Of a stretch of DNA of 64,000 bases, positions 30,301 through 47,611 are shown piece after piece. Position 1 is the stretch's first letter. Each line of letters starts with the position of its first letter. Under the pieces are notes generated by a model. The model worked only from the letters and a program-made list of their open reading frames with translations, was not told the origin of the DNA and made no database searches. The position numbers and the translations under genes are program-made. The stretch spans positions 131,812,001 through 131,876,000 of the forward strand of contig OX597814.1 in the NCBI GenBank assembly GCA_951406725.2. The letters run 5' to 3'. The DNA is from Octopus vulgaris (taxonomy: Eukaryota).

Positions 30301-31314
30301 GGGGCATACAGCTGGTTTCAATTGCCCTAGCAGAAGCGTAAATAATTTCATTTAACTCAGTAAAATCAGGTTTTAATTCTTGTATTATTTCATTTGTTAC
30401 ATAGTTGCCAATTTGGATTTGTTTTTTATTTTGGTTTGTATTTGAGAGTTTATGAAGTGGTTCTCTATCATTCAAACTTGTATGTCTTACAACTTCAAGC
30501 GTATTCAGGATTTTCTGCCTCATTTCTGCCATAGACTCTCTGTGTTCTTCAGCAAATGCGAGATCTTCAGTTACTGTTGTTTTATCGTTTTCCTGGCAAT
30601 CTTTAACAAGTACAATAGAATTTCTTGTATCTTCAGGCTTTTGCGTACTTTGGTCAGATGGCAGTCTTTCAATTAAGCCTCGTGGCGGGCTATACTGTTC
30701 ATCTGATTCTTCATTTCCTTTGTGTCTTATATTTATGTCATTTTCCGTAGCGTGCTTGATCGCGCTTATTTCACTGTCTGTGAGTCTGTTATTTCTAAGG
30801 ATATCCCTCCTCACAATTGCTAATTTGTTCTCGTCCAAATAGGGCCTACTGTCTTGATACCGTGTTCTCCATATACTGTAAGAGTTTGCGGTGTGTCTCT
30901 CTTGAGATGGCCTACCTAATGCATAGTAATAAGCGTATATTACTTCTTTATACTCTTCTCGGGTCCATTTGTTCCGCCTACATTTTTCTTTCTGTGGTAG
31001 TTGTGGTGGTGAACTTGGAGGGCTCGAGTCGGGGGATTTCCCGTTCAAGTGACCATCCATGTCCGTATTCGGAGAAGAGTGTGTGCCAGTTGATGACTTT
31101 TCGATCGCAGGCTGGCTCTTCCCTGGGGGACGCGCTTCCAGATTAACCATAGGACAAGCGATTTGGTATACTGGTTTAGTTTTCCTTTTAGTTTCCAAAA
31201 ACATTTTGGTGCTACGATAATGTTATCATTTTTGAGCTTTGATTGGCTCGTGGGGAGACGGCCATCATTGCCGTTACAATTATAATCGTACTATTATAGC
31301 AGCCGTAGTCCGCT
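27346..31314 (-). mobile_element. R4/Dong-clade non-LTR retrotransposon (RT plus restriction-like endonuclease), near full length, frameshifted
   Basis: NKWTREEY N-terminal motif, YRPITCL, EQKGCRRGSYGCKDQL, WIDYKKAFDSIPH, YMDDLKLY, CRFC...ETVDHLISGC, KPDIVV...IDMSIP...KYKDL; A-tail abutting (TAA)n. Confidence 0.88.
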
Positions 31315-31760
31315 TATTATTGTTATTATCATCACCATTATTATCACTATCATCATTATCACCACCATTACCATCATCATTATCATCATCACCATCACCA
31401 CCATCATCATCAATGATATTGTTTTATGTGTAGTCACAGCAGTATCTTATTATTGTTATTTTTGTTTTTTTATCATTATCACCATCACAGTAGTGTCTGT
31501 CTGTCTCGTTGGCTGGCTTGGTGGTTGGCTGGCTGACTGTCTTCAACGCCAGAGTTCTTGTCTGTCAAATAATACTTTTATATTTGGTTAACAATAGAGC
31601 CAAGATGAGGTTTGTGTTGGTTGAACTCTTTGAGTGTGTGTGTGTGTGTAGATAAATAGATAGATTATCAGCACTATTACTAAGGGACATGCTCAGCTGG
31701 TTAAAGTCAAACAACTGACAAGCAAATCTGTGGTATTGAGCAGAATATTTGCTGTAGCCC

Positions 31761-31827
<67 letters not shown>

Positions 31828-34278
31828 GTTCAGGTCACTGCTTGGAATTGAACTCGGAATCTTGGGGTTAGTAGCCCACGCTATTATGGAGTAAATTTTA
31901 GGGCTTATAAATCTAATATTTTTCTATCCTTCCTTAATACCGGTTTCCATATGCTGCTCATATCTGCACGCGGTCTGCTTAGGAGGTTGTTGTGTCCTAG
32001 CACATGTGTTGCTTCTTTTAGTTTTCGTATTTTCCAGTGATGTTCTCTGTCTATTATTTTAAATTCACCCCACAGGGGGAGGTGATCTCCATTTTTCCAC
32101 ACATGATCAGCGATACCTGATTTATCAATATCTCCTCATGTCACAGCTTTGCGATGTTCGTCTACCCTTATTTTGTGGGGGCAGCATGTTTCATCTTTGT
32201 ATAACCTAACCTAGCTACATGGGATGGAGTACACGCAGTCTTTGGTCATATTCTCTTCTATTGGTGGTTTTACTCGAAGGAGATATTTGCGAAGTGTTGT
32301 ATTACTCTTGAATACTGTCCTGATGTCATATGGGCCGCATATCTTTTGTATCTTTTCGGAGAGGCCTTTCACATGGGGTAAACAGACTGTGGACAGTTTA
32401 TTGGCCTCATCCTCTCTCTTTTTCATAATTGGAGTGGATAGTATACTTTTGGGGTATTTGTTGCTTAACAGATCGTCATTGAGCTTGATCATTTCTTAGT
32501 GGTGTGTATCACGATCGCTAATTATATTCTTTGCACGAAGTTTTAGGCACTGAGCAATCCCTCTCTTTACACTCTATGGATGGTGGGAATTGAAGTTGAG
32601 GTATCGTCCAGTAAAGGTTGGCTTGCGGTATACGGATGTCCTGAATCCATTCTTGGTGCGTGCTATTAATACGTACAGGAATGCTAGCTGATTGTCTTTT
32701 TCCTTTTCCATTGTGAACTGTATGGATGGCTTTATTGAGTTCAGATGATCTAACAGCACTTGGACATCTTCATCGTGGGGCCAGAGTATAAAGGTGTCAT
32801 CAACATATCGTAGCCATAGTGTTGATTTTACTGGTGTTGATCCTAAAGTCAAATTCTCAAAGTATTTTATGTATACATTGGCTATTACCGTTGATAATGG
32901 CGAACCCATAGCTAAACCCTCCTCTTGTCGATATATATATCAGTGTCCATACTTAAGTAGGTAGTTTCTACACAGAAGGTCAACATTTCCATCAAGTTTC
33001 TTATTGGTATACTAGTGCTTTCTTTTAGATGGGTGTCTGTTACTAGTTTTTTTTGCATCACCGATAGTGCTTCAACAGTTGGCACTTTGGTGAATAGGCT
33101 TATCACATCTAGACTCACCATCTGGTTGGATTCAATGGGAATATCCGTAATCAATTCTGTGAAGTGGGTGGAATTCTTCACGTACGATGTTGACTTTCTT
33201 GTTAATGGACTGATTATATCCACAAGGAAGCGGGTCAGTGGATGACATGCTGAATCAGGGTTTTGATGCCCGTTCACAAAAACTTCCATTGAATAGTATT
33301 TGAAATAGCGAGTTCAGATTTGAATAAGTGAGAAATAGGCACAGGTGTTAATGTTTCCATCACCCCGCGTACCCAGTGAATTATTAGACACAGCACTCCG
33401 CTAAGAAGCACACTCATGTGCTCTCTTTTTCTTGAAGCTGAAATAAATAACTGAAAACCCACCATCATTCCTGTCTTACATGCGAACACATCCACACCGT
33501 TACACTCGGACGTTATCTTCACTCCCACCAAGAAATGAATACAATAGTAAAGGATCCACGAGCTGAAACACCATCACGAATGAAAACACCAATAACAATG
33601 AAAAAAAGGGCATCGGAAGGGCTATGCATATCCTGTGCGCACACAAGGATAAAATGAAATTTAATTAAATAATCTCAGACGAATTCATATTTCAGCAAAA
33701 TGACATCAAGACTTATTTCCCCTGATTATCGTTCATGCATATGTAACAAAAGCAACAAACAAACAAACAAACAAGAAAACCATTTTGATTCACAAAACCA
33801 AAATTTAATGAGTTCGAGCCATTCATCCAATGAGCATTTCTGCCAAATTTGGTGAAAACTCGTTCAGCCGTTTCCCAGGAATTTTGCAAACACACAGACA
33901 AACAGATAAAGATGGGCGACTACAATACGCTGCTTTCTCTTACGTGCGCAGGGTAATAACAGTAATATGATGAACAGCGAGAAGTTATGAATCATATTCA
34001 ACTGGTTATGGAATTCACATTTTATCGAATTTGATAAGTGAAACACAGCATAAACTTTACATGACAAAAGCAGATATAAATATCTGTTATTATTTAACTG
34101 TTAGATGTTTCACTCATTGGACTGCGACCATACCAAACACCTTGAAGTGCTTTAGTCGAACAAAGCCACATATGTACTTATGATATATTTCCTTACCTAA
34201 GTCTCTTACTTATCCTCTCGGTATCTTTTACGGAATCACTAATCTACAACGACGTAAACAACTACCACCTGTGACATT

Positions 34279-34577
34279 TTTATATATAAAATTAAAGTTG
34301 TGTGTGTGAGACTCTGTCTGCTCCGATTTAGATTCCTAACTACTCCCACATTTTGCGGTGCAGTTTAACCAAAAGCGGGTATCTTATAGTCGTCATTCAT
34401 ATCGAGCCCTTCTGGGTATTAGCGCGCGTCTACAATGAGTATACGACTAAAAAAAAAATTACCATTTTTCCGCATTTTTAATGATTTTTGCTCGGGTTAT
34501 ATAAGGGAAGTAACTCTCTAAAATGCTTATATAGTTATTTCCCTTACAAACCTTAGCAACGCCGGGCGATACTGCTA

Positions 34578-34578
<1 letters not shown>
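34279..34578 (+). mobile_element. Non-autonomous Helitron-like element
   Basis: 5' TATATATAAAATTAAAG..; 3' GC-rich subterminal hairpin remnant (GCAACGCCGGGCG) ending in CTAG|T. Confidence 0.6.
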
Positions 34579-34647
<69 letters not shown>

Positions 34648-34707
34648 TATGTTTTTATCTATCTATTCATACACACACATTCATTCATACATGTATACAT
34701 GCATGCG

Positions 34708-34810
<103 letters not shown>

Positions 34811-35059
34811 ATTTAGGAATGGTCATTTTGCCAGTTTAGCCAATAATATGCATGCACACATTCACACACGCACACAGACAGACAGACTCTTACGAATTCA
34901 CGAAATGTGAACATTGTATCGTAAATTAAGCAGCACGTGGTATTACGAAAATTTGAAAAACATATTCCAAATCCACCATTGCCTTGGAATTATCTACCTT
35001 TTAGGAAAAACTAGATAAGTATCTTTGTATTTTCTGTTATTTACTGAAAGCTATCATAA

Positions 35060-36130
35060 ATACGCTGCACCTGGAAGGATTGCAATTCCAAATTCACACC
35101 CAGTGAGAGACCTGGGCATTTAGATGTGTAATGATGCATCCTTCCATGTGTATGTTGCTGAGTTGGCAATAAAATGTAGGCGGCTGACCGGATGGATTCA
35201 TAGAACTTTTAAAACAAGAGATCAGAAAACCATGATAGAGTCCTCTGGAAGACATTTGTCCTAAGCCGCTTTGACTATTGCTCCCAGCCATGGTCACCAA
35301 CGACGCTACATCGAAGATAACCTTTATGCAACATATAAGCTACAGGGAAAGACTCAAGAGATTGAAACTCTATCCCCTGGAGTGTAAGAGGGAAAGACAT
35401 ACCTATTTCTTTACTACCCTCAAGGGGCTAAACACAGAGGGGACAAACAAGGACAGACAAACGGATTAAGTCGATTACATCGACCCCAGTGCGTAACTAG
35501 TACTTAATTTATCGACTCCGAAAGGATGAAAGGCAAAGTCGACCTCGGAGGAATTTGAACTCAGAACGTAACGGCAGACGAAATACGGCTACGCATTTCG
35601 TATGGCGTGTTAACGTTTCTGCCAGCTCGCCGCATAAGCGGGAAAGACATACCGTAATATACACCTAGAAGATCTTGGAGAGGCTTGTCCCAAACTTTGG
35701 CATTGAGAGTTACACTATCGCTAGAACGGGGTGCCACTGCATAGTGTCAAAGACTCGAACTTTACCATCAAAATACAGGACAAGATATTGCAATAGCCTG
35801 GGCTTTAGGGGACCACAGCTCTTCAATATCCACCCGAAGGACCTGGGAGACCTACAAGGAGTAGATGTAGATGTCTTCAAAACGAAACAAGATCTCTTAC
35901 TCTCAAGAGTCCCAGATGAACCAACTTCACAGCTAGAAGTGCAAATGAGGGCAGCGGCATCAAACTCCCTCATGCACCAAATGGCAAGTTCTAGAAAGAA
36001 TTAGTGAAGTAAAAATTACGTAGCAACACCAAATGGGGGTGCCACTGCATAGGCCACAGACTGAAACTAGTTACCATTCAAAATTCAGGATTCAAGATAT
36101 TGCAATAGCCTGGAGCTTTAGGGGACCACA
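35060..36130 (+). mobile_element. CR1-like LINE 3' fragment with a nested SINE family B (35404-35633, minus)
   Basis: SYRERLKRLKLYPLECKRER and SLGFRGPQLFN..P...FKTKQDLLLSRVPDEP. The SINE is flanked by a duplicated GGGAAAGACATACC. Same family as 56830-60467. Confidence 0.75.
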
Positions 36131-36189
36131 GTTTCTGTCTATCAATAAAACAAATAGAAGAACGCTACCAAGGCCGATGGGATTCAAAC

Positions 36190-37020
36190 ATGAGGGTAAA
36201 TTACTGCTGGAGCTTGAGGAAAGATTTTCCAGAAGCACAAGAGATAGTCAAAAAGAGGAAATTCAGATCAGAATGTATGACCACAATGAATAGAGATTTT
36301 GTTTTACGCTTTTACTTGTTTCAGTCATTTGACTGTGGCCATGCTGGAGCACCGCCTTCAGTCGACCAAATCGCCCCTAGGACTTATTCTTTGTAATCCT
36401 AGTACTTATTCTATCGGTCTCTTTTGCCGAACCGCTAAGTTACGGGGACGTAAGCACACCAGCATCGGTTGTCAACCTATGTTGGAGAGACAAACACGGA
36501 CACACAAACATATACACACATACATACATACATACATGCATGCATACATACATACATACATACATACATACCTACCTACCTACCTACCTACATACATACA
36601 TACATATGAGGGTAAATTACTGCTGGAGCTTGAGGAAAGATTTTCCAGAAGCACAAGAGATAGTCAAAAAGAGGAAATTCAGATCAGAATGTATGACCAC
36701 AATGAATAGAGATTTTGTTTTACGCTTTTACTTGTTTCAGTCATTTGACTGTGGCCATGCTGGAGCACCGCCTTCAGTCGACCAAATCGCCCCTAGGACT
36801 TATTCTTTGTAATCCTAGTACTTATTCTATCGGTCTCTTTTGCCGAACCGCTAAGTTACGGGGACGTAAGCACACCAGCATCGGTTGTCAACCTATGTTG
36901 GAGAGACAAACACGGACACACAAACATATACACACATACATACATACATACATGCATGCATACATACATACATACATACATACATACCTACCTACCTACC
37001 TACATACATACATACATACA

Positions 37021-37021
<1 letters not shown>
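36190..37021. repeat. 416-bp near-perfect tandem duplication containing half a SINE
   Basis: ATGAGGGTAAATTACTGCTGG at 36190 and 36606; the ORF translations of the two units are identical. Confidence 0.9.
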
Positions 37022-37056
<35 letters not shown>

Positions 37057-37075
37057 TATATACATACATACATAT

Positions 37076-37114
<39 letters not shown>

Positions 37115-37651
37115 CATACGACGGGCTTCTTTCAGTTTCCGTCTACCAAATCCACTCACAAGGCTTTGGTCGGCCCGAGGCTACAGTAGAAGACACTTGC
37201 CCAAGGTGCCCCGCAGTTGAACTTAACCCGGAATAATGTGGTTCGTTAGCAAGCTACTTACCACACAGCCACTCCTATTCATATTTCACCAAACTTAATT
37301 CTTAAATGCTAAAATGTAATTACTCCCACAACTTTGTGTTTTGATTTATCAAAAATTATGTAATTCTTCGCTTATGAGCATCAAATAGCTGTTTCTAGCA
37401 CAGCTAAAAGATTTTATATCTCAAAAATCTGACGTGGTAGACAAAATCTGATGCCAGATTTGGATTCAGTACCCCCTAATTAGTTAAAAACCATTGATAA
37501 GCCTTGGGGGTAGAAAACGTGCTGACGGATGTAATAATTCCTGGTGTGCACACAGAACAGTGAGAATCCAAATACAAACATGTTCTTAGATAACGAAAAT
37601 TAACATCGATGAAGAATGTACAAAGAATAGATAGATACGTTTTTGCCCAGA

Positions 37652-38068
37652 GGGCGGCGAGCTGGTAGAAATGTTAGCACGCTGGGGCGCAATGCATAGC
37701 CGTATTTCGTCTGCCGTTAAGTTCTGAGTTCAGACTCCGCCGAAGTCGACTTTGCCTTTCAACCTTTCGGGGACGATAAATTAAGTACCAGTTACGCACT
37801 GGGGTCGATGTAATCGACTTAATCCGTTTGTCTGTACTTGTTTGGCCCTTTTATGTTTAGCCCCTTGTGGGCAATAAAGAAATAGGTATTTCGCCTGCCG
37901 TTAAGTTCTGAGTTCAAATTCCGCCGAAGTCGACTTTGCCTTTCATTCTTTCGGAGTCGATAAATTAAGCACCAATTACGCACTGGGGTCGATGTAATCG
38001 ACTTCACCCATTTATATGTCCTTGTTTTTCCTCTCTATGTTTAGCCCCTTGCGGGCAATAAAGAAATA
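37652..38068 (+). mobile_element. SINE family B (GGCGGCGAGCTGG head), dimeric
   Basis: Two head-to-tail bodies; degenerate TSD AGATACGTT(T/A)TTGC; the orthologous site in unit 3 (about 55430) is empty. Confidence 0.85.
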
Positions 38069-38406
38069 AGATACGTTATTGCTTAGATCCTAGCTTTTGT
38101 GCATGTACCCTAGGTAATTTCTTTTTGGAAGTTTTGATATGAAATACTTATAATCTCCGGTACTGAATAATTGCTTGTTATACCTACTTGGGTATTATAC
38201 TCATTTTCGTACGGTTACGTCGCGGCATATTCCTTCGTATTGCTTATATATTTGTTAATCAAATAGTGATGTAAATTTCGTGATGACAGTATAAGGTACA
38301 CTAACTATTAAACCTGCGATGATATAAGTTATTCTATTCTAACTGTGTAGTTTCTTTGAAACACTTGGAGAGACTACTCTGAGAGCCAGAAAAAATTTCT
38401 ATCAAG

Positions 38407-38657
38407 GTTTTTTCTCTCCTTGTTTCTCTTTTTTTCTCTCCTTTTTTCTCTCCTTGTTTCTCTTCTTGCTTTTTTTCTCTCCTTTTTTTCTCTCCTTGTT
38501 TCTCTCCTTGTTTTTCTTTTATGTGTCCCTTTCTGTAGAAGAGCGTAGGCTCGAAACGTAAAAGACTTTTTCTATTCCTGAGCGTTATACTAATACATCT
38601 GTTTGTTTTGTACACCACCTGTCTTCGTCTTTTGTTTTTTTCGTAAACTCTCCCTTT
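38407..38657 (+). mobile_element. Short hammerhead-bearing insertion upstream of the IL17 copy 2 promoter
   Basis: CTTT-CTGTAGA-A-GAGC gtag GCTC-GAAA-CG-TA-AAAG at 38529-38564. Absent at the homologous position of unit 3 (about 55780). Confidence 0.7.
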
Positions 38658-38964
38658 TATATAACATAGTAAAACTTATAAAGAATATACAATATTTGAA
38701 ATTATCATCGTTGTTTATTCCAATCTAAAAGAAAGGAAATTTTGCTATTAAAGAAGTGAACAGCCATGATACAAGTAGAACCGACATACGCTTAGAGTGG
38801 ATTTCTCTATGCTAAAAGTAGAGAAAGCAAGCGAAAGGGCATATATAGCAGTTTAAATCAGTGTGTATCATTGATCTAAACTTAGACTGGGTCATGATGT
38901 CACTTAGACTGGGTCATGATAGTGAAACTATAAATTATTAAAATATTACACAAAGTCTTGAATC

Positions 38965-39145
38965 ACTATACAACCGGATGAAAGCTCTATACAACAGGAC
39001 GAAAGCTCTTCCGTAGAGTTAGAGTTCCGCAAGTTAATATTTTTAAATCAAACAGTTTCCTGCTGTTTTATGAATAGCATTAAACATAAGCGGTTTTCGC
39101 AACGGTATATAATGAGCAAATTAAGGAGAGTCGATATCATTTAAA
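38965..39145 (+). promoter_or_regulatory. Core promoter of IL17-like gene 2
   Basis: ACCGGATGA 38973-38981, TTTCGCAA (C/EBP-like) at about 39095, TATATAA 39106-39112, TCATT (A at 39139). Confidence 0.68.
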
Positions 39146-39257
39146 AGCAAATCATATTCAGAAACGAGTAAATTATCTGGCTGCCTTAGTGCCTTACTGA
39201 CTTACTAGCCGTATTGCTCTCGCCTTGATTTCTAGTTCAAACAGAACAAACATAACA

Positions 39258-42706
<3,449 letters not shown>

Positions 42707-43321
42707 AAATCGACCAAATGCTAAATTGTTCGTTCAATGCGTGTAACGCAAAAGTTATTCATAGTATCATGGAACGACGAGTTGACCACCGTGTGGTTTT
42801 TATTATTATTATTATTATTATTATCATTATTTTCTCTCTTGTTTTCATTTCTTGATTTTAATTTTTTATCTCCGTCTTTATTTATTTTATCTTGTTACCT
42901 TTGTCAATTGAATAATAAATTACAGCATATGTATATGAGGTTCATGAACCGATATGAATCTAACCGAAATTACGCGTGAATTCGCAAATTGGAGGATAAC
43001 GTTCATAGAGCCAAAGTGAGTGGGAAAGAGTATAGGTGCATACGCATGCATACAAGCACACACCCGCCTTCCTACACATTTTATTTAGCATATATGTATC
43101 TAGTGCATGGAGTGCTGTATACCAGAAACAGCTGTAAGAATCCAATAATTAATTATTTAATTTATTATTTCAAATCCACTTTGCTCTAAATATTCGAAAC
43201 GACTTGATACACTCGTCCTGCATTGGTTTTTGTTGTCCCTTTTCCATTAATATATATATATATATTTATGTATATACTTATGTATATATATGTATATATA
43301 TATATATACATACATATATGC

Positions 43322-43364
<43 letters not shown>

Positions 43365-43393
43365 CATATATGCATGTGTGTATATATATAGAC

Positions 43394-43425
<32 letters not shown>

Positions 43426-43517
43426 GTGTGTGTATATATATAATGTACATATATAAGAGTATGTACACTAATATATGTTTGTATACGCGTAACTATATAA
43501 GTGTGTATATATATGTT

Positions 43518-43616
<99 letters not shown>

Positions 43617-43979
43617 ATATCTATCTAGCCATCTATCTGTTCCTTTACACAGTAAACAACTCGTGTGTAAAATACAGAATAAATTTAAACTAATTAAAGA
43701 AATATTTACACGCATGTATTGTTCTCTATAGGACATTTATATTCCTTATACATTTTCAGTATGTAACATACCATTAACTTTATAGCTTGTACATAATTTC
43801 GTATATTTTTATAATAACATCTTTGTTAATAAGACTTTTGTGTATTTTTATAAGAATTTATAAACTTTTATTATGATTGTTATAATCTTGCTCTATATAT
43901 TTCATAAATATAGGGAGCAAGAACTGACCAGTTTATACCGTGTATAAATTATAATTGTAACATAAAATTGCATTTAATG

Positions 43980-43985
43980 AATAAA
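43980..43985 (+). terminator. Probable polyadenylation signal of IL17 copy 2
   Basis: AATAAA at the position homologous to 26910-26915. Confidence 0.55.
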
Positions 43986-44895
43986 ATATAATATAAGCAC
44001 AAATATTTCACCTTTGTTATTTCTTATGCATTATACTTTTGCTCTGGGTAAATCATATGATATTTGGATAAAGTATTAGACAGCTGGATGTCCCATTCAA
44101 ATCTTTTATCGGTGTTTTTTTTCTGCGGCTTTTTATATACCAGTTTTGTACTTTTAGTGTACTTGGTTATTATTATTTAGATTTAAAATCATTTCTGTGA
44201 TCAATCCCTGTACAACCGCCTCCCTTATAATGAATATTTATACATAAAGGTTTGAGCAGCGAGAGACATATCACTTCCTCCTTTTGATTCTCTCTGAACT
44301 CACTATTTAAGAAAAAAATTAATGGAACGGGTTTGGATATACCTGTTTCGCAGTACAAAATAAAGTACAGATGTCTTTGGTACCGTCTGGTCATCCTGAG
44401 GACTGTTGAAATTTGGTAAACAAATATTTCGAAAAGCGTATTTACGAAAACTGTAGAACGCAAATCCAGAATAATCAAGAAATAGATCATGTATTCTCTA
44501 ACTTTATCTGTTCGACTGAATTGCATATTTCTTGATGTTTTAATATTTGCGTTCTAAATTGCTACGTCTGATTTTCATTGAACATTCCGTTTGAATTTGT
44601 GTAATTTCGCAAAGTATGAACTTCCTTATTAAGCTTCAATGCAGGTTCAATGCATCTGACGCTTTTGTCATATATCATAAAATATAGAAAACGCACATTC
44701 TTCGTTGATGAGATATTTTCAAATACCTGTTTACTCTACTTCGCCAGTCCAAATTTGTTATATCGCTCTTCAGAGAATGAACAGGCAGCCACTGAAAATT
44801 TCATCATTTCATCTTTTTAAACTCTTTATCTTTTAGCGTTAATCAGGAGTTTGAATCCCGTTCCTAAAAACCTTCCATTAGATAATATTTAAATA

Positions 44896-45529
44896 GGCGC
44901 AGGAGTGGTTGTGTGATAAGTAGCTTGCTTACCAACCACATGGTTCTGGGTTCAGTCCATCTGCGTGGCACCTTGGGCAAGTGTCTTCTACTATAGCCTC
45001 GGGTCGACCAAAGCTTTGTGAGTGGATTTGGTAGACGGAAACTGAAAGAAACACGTCGTATACATGTATATGTATATATATATGTGTGTGTGTGTGTTTG
45101 TGTGTCTGTGTTTGTCCCCCCAACATCGCTTGGCAACCGGTGCTGGTGTGTTTATCTCCCCGTAACTTAAAGGCGGCGAGCTGGCAGAAACGTTAGCACG
45201 CTGGGCGGAATGCTTAGCGGTATTTCGTCCGCCGCTGCGTTCTGAGTTCAAATTCCGTCGAGGTCGACTTTACCTTTCATCCTTTCGGGGTCGATAAATT
45301 AAGTACCAGTGACGCACTAATCGACTTAATCCGTTCGTCTGTCCTTGTTTCTCCCCTCTGTGTTTAGCCCCTTGTGGGTAGTAAAGAAATACGTAACTTA
45401 GCGGTTCGGCAAAAGAGACCGATATAATAAGTATTAGGCTTACAAAGAATAAGTCCTGGGGTCGATTTGTTCGACTAAAGGCGATGCTCCAACATGGCCT
45501 CAGTCAAACGACTGAAACAATGAAAAGAG
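44896..45529 (+). mobile_element. Full-length SINE family A with a nested SINE family B (45171-45391)
   Basis: The nested copy is flanked by the 9-bp TSD CGTAACTTA (45161-45169 / 45392-45400). The host site is empty at about 20960 and 33308. Confidence 0.88.
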
Positions 45530-46255
45530 TAGGAAATTCAGATTTGAATAAGAGAGAAAAAAGCACAGGAGGTAATTTTTCCATCGCCCCTCATACCTAG
45601 TGTATCATTAGACACAGCTCTCCACTAACAAGCTCACTCACGGTGTCTCATCTTTTTAAAGGTGAAGTAAATAACAAAATACCCACCACCATAGACGTTG
45701 CACCGGCGAACATACACTGTTACGATCGCATAATATATTCACAACCCCAAGCATTAAACATAATAGCAAAGAATTCACGAGATGATCAAGAAACAACAAT
45801 ACGATGGACAACACTAAGAACAATAACAGTAATGTCAGCAACACTAATATGATGAACAACAAAATGTTATATGCTATATTCAGTTGGTTCAGGAATTCAC
45901 ACATTGACGCATCTGATAAATGAATCACAGCTTGAACTTAACATGATACAAGCAAATATAACTATATATTATCATTTAACTGCTACATGTTTCAGTCATT
46001 GGACTGCGACCAAACTAAGACACCTTCTTGAAGGGTTTTAGTCGCACAAATCCACATCAATACTTATGATGTCTTTCTTTACGTAAGTCTGTTACTTATA
46101 CTATCGGTATCTTTTACGGAATCACTAATCTACCGTGACGCAAACAAAGCAACATACATATATGCATACATACATACATACATACATACATACATACGTA
46201 CATACGTACATACACACGTACGTACACTCTACACTACACACATGCGCGCGCACGC

Positions 46256-46810
46256 AGGTAGTAAAATCTGTTTTCAAACTTAAGGTGGCAGTCCTGATGT
46301 TACTACCACTTAAGACCAGGAAAACATTTTTACCAGCTGGTTATCGACATACAATCTGTGTCTGAAATATACTATGAGCAAGGGAGCGTACTCTTCCATC
46401 CTAACCATTAGCAGTACCAACAGATTAATGGCTTCTCTGTAATCTCCCGTCCTCGGGGGTGTATAACCACCGGCTAGAGATAGCAGCTCACTCGATCCTA
46501 CTCACTGTATATAAATATTAAAGTGACAGAAAGTTGCTGATCTTGTAATGAGTAAAGTAGCTAGTGTTAAATCTCTGAATGAGATCTAAGTAGTAACTAT
46601 ACTGCATAGTAAAATCTATTAACCAACTGAAGATGGCGGTCCTGCGCAGGACCATGTTTCTACCACTTAACACCAAGAAAACATCTTTTCCAGCTGTGTC
46701 TGAAATATACTGTGAGCAAGGGAGCGTACTCCGCCATCCTAACCACTAGCAGTACCAACAGATAAATGGGTTCTCTGTAATCTCCCGTCTTCGGGGCTGT
46801 ATAACCGCCG
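46256..46810. repeat. Diverged direct repeat of about 200 bp (46256-46475 / 46608-46810)
   Basis: Shared GTGTCTGAAATATACT.TGAGCAAGGGAGCGTACTC and AGCAGTACCAACAGAT blocks. Confidence 0.75.
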
Positions 46811-47377
46811 GATAATCATAATCATTGAAATTATTATAGGATATACAGAAGCTATGGCTATCACGAAACAATTTTTTCCATCTCTAAATTTCAAACATTG
46901 ATCATTTTAATAAATAACTAAACTTACTACTAAACTAATATTCATATAACCCGGCACTCTTATATGATGTACTTTCTTTTATCAGAACTAGCCGTTATCA
47001 AGAAAAGGGAGTCCGAGTGACTTACTATGATATAATATCAATAGCATACTGTGAGGACAACTTTACTATGATTACAGCGATAACTAAGTAAAATAAATCC
47101 TCATCTTGTGTGACAATTTAACAGGTAGCCTACATTTTCCTCTATCAACACTTATTTTTGTATCAGTGATGAGCATATGAATGAAAATCAAAAGCAAATA
47201 GCCTACCACTTTATCAATATCATCACGTGATTGGAAAATCTGATGCTGTGGATAACTAAAAGACTACACGTACAGTTTGAAAACTGATATCAGATTCGGA
47301 TTCAGCAACCTAAAATTACTCTAAATCAGCTGAAAAATTTTAAAGAGCATGACAAAAAATATTTTTTGTTGCCCAGT

Positions 47378-47494
<117 letters not shown>

Positions 47495-47497
47495 CAT

Positions 47498-47559
<62 letters not shown>

Positions 47560-47579
47560 GTATATAACCCCCACCCACC

Positions 47580-47610
<31 letters not shown>

Positions 47611-47611
<1 letters not shown>

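Larger units (their letters stand above)
27160..33262 (-). mobile_element. Penelope-like element (RT plus GIY-YIG), decayed, interrupted by an R4/Dong-type LINE
   Basis: MVSLDVISLFTKVP, MGSPLSTVIANVY, WLRYVDDTF, YRKPTFTGRYLNFNSHHP, CVYSIPCS (31900-33262). The 3' terminal part, with a hammerhead-like motif, resumes at 27160-27345. Confidence 0.8.
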
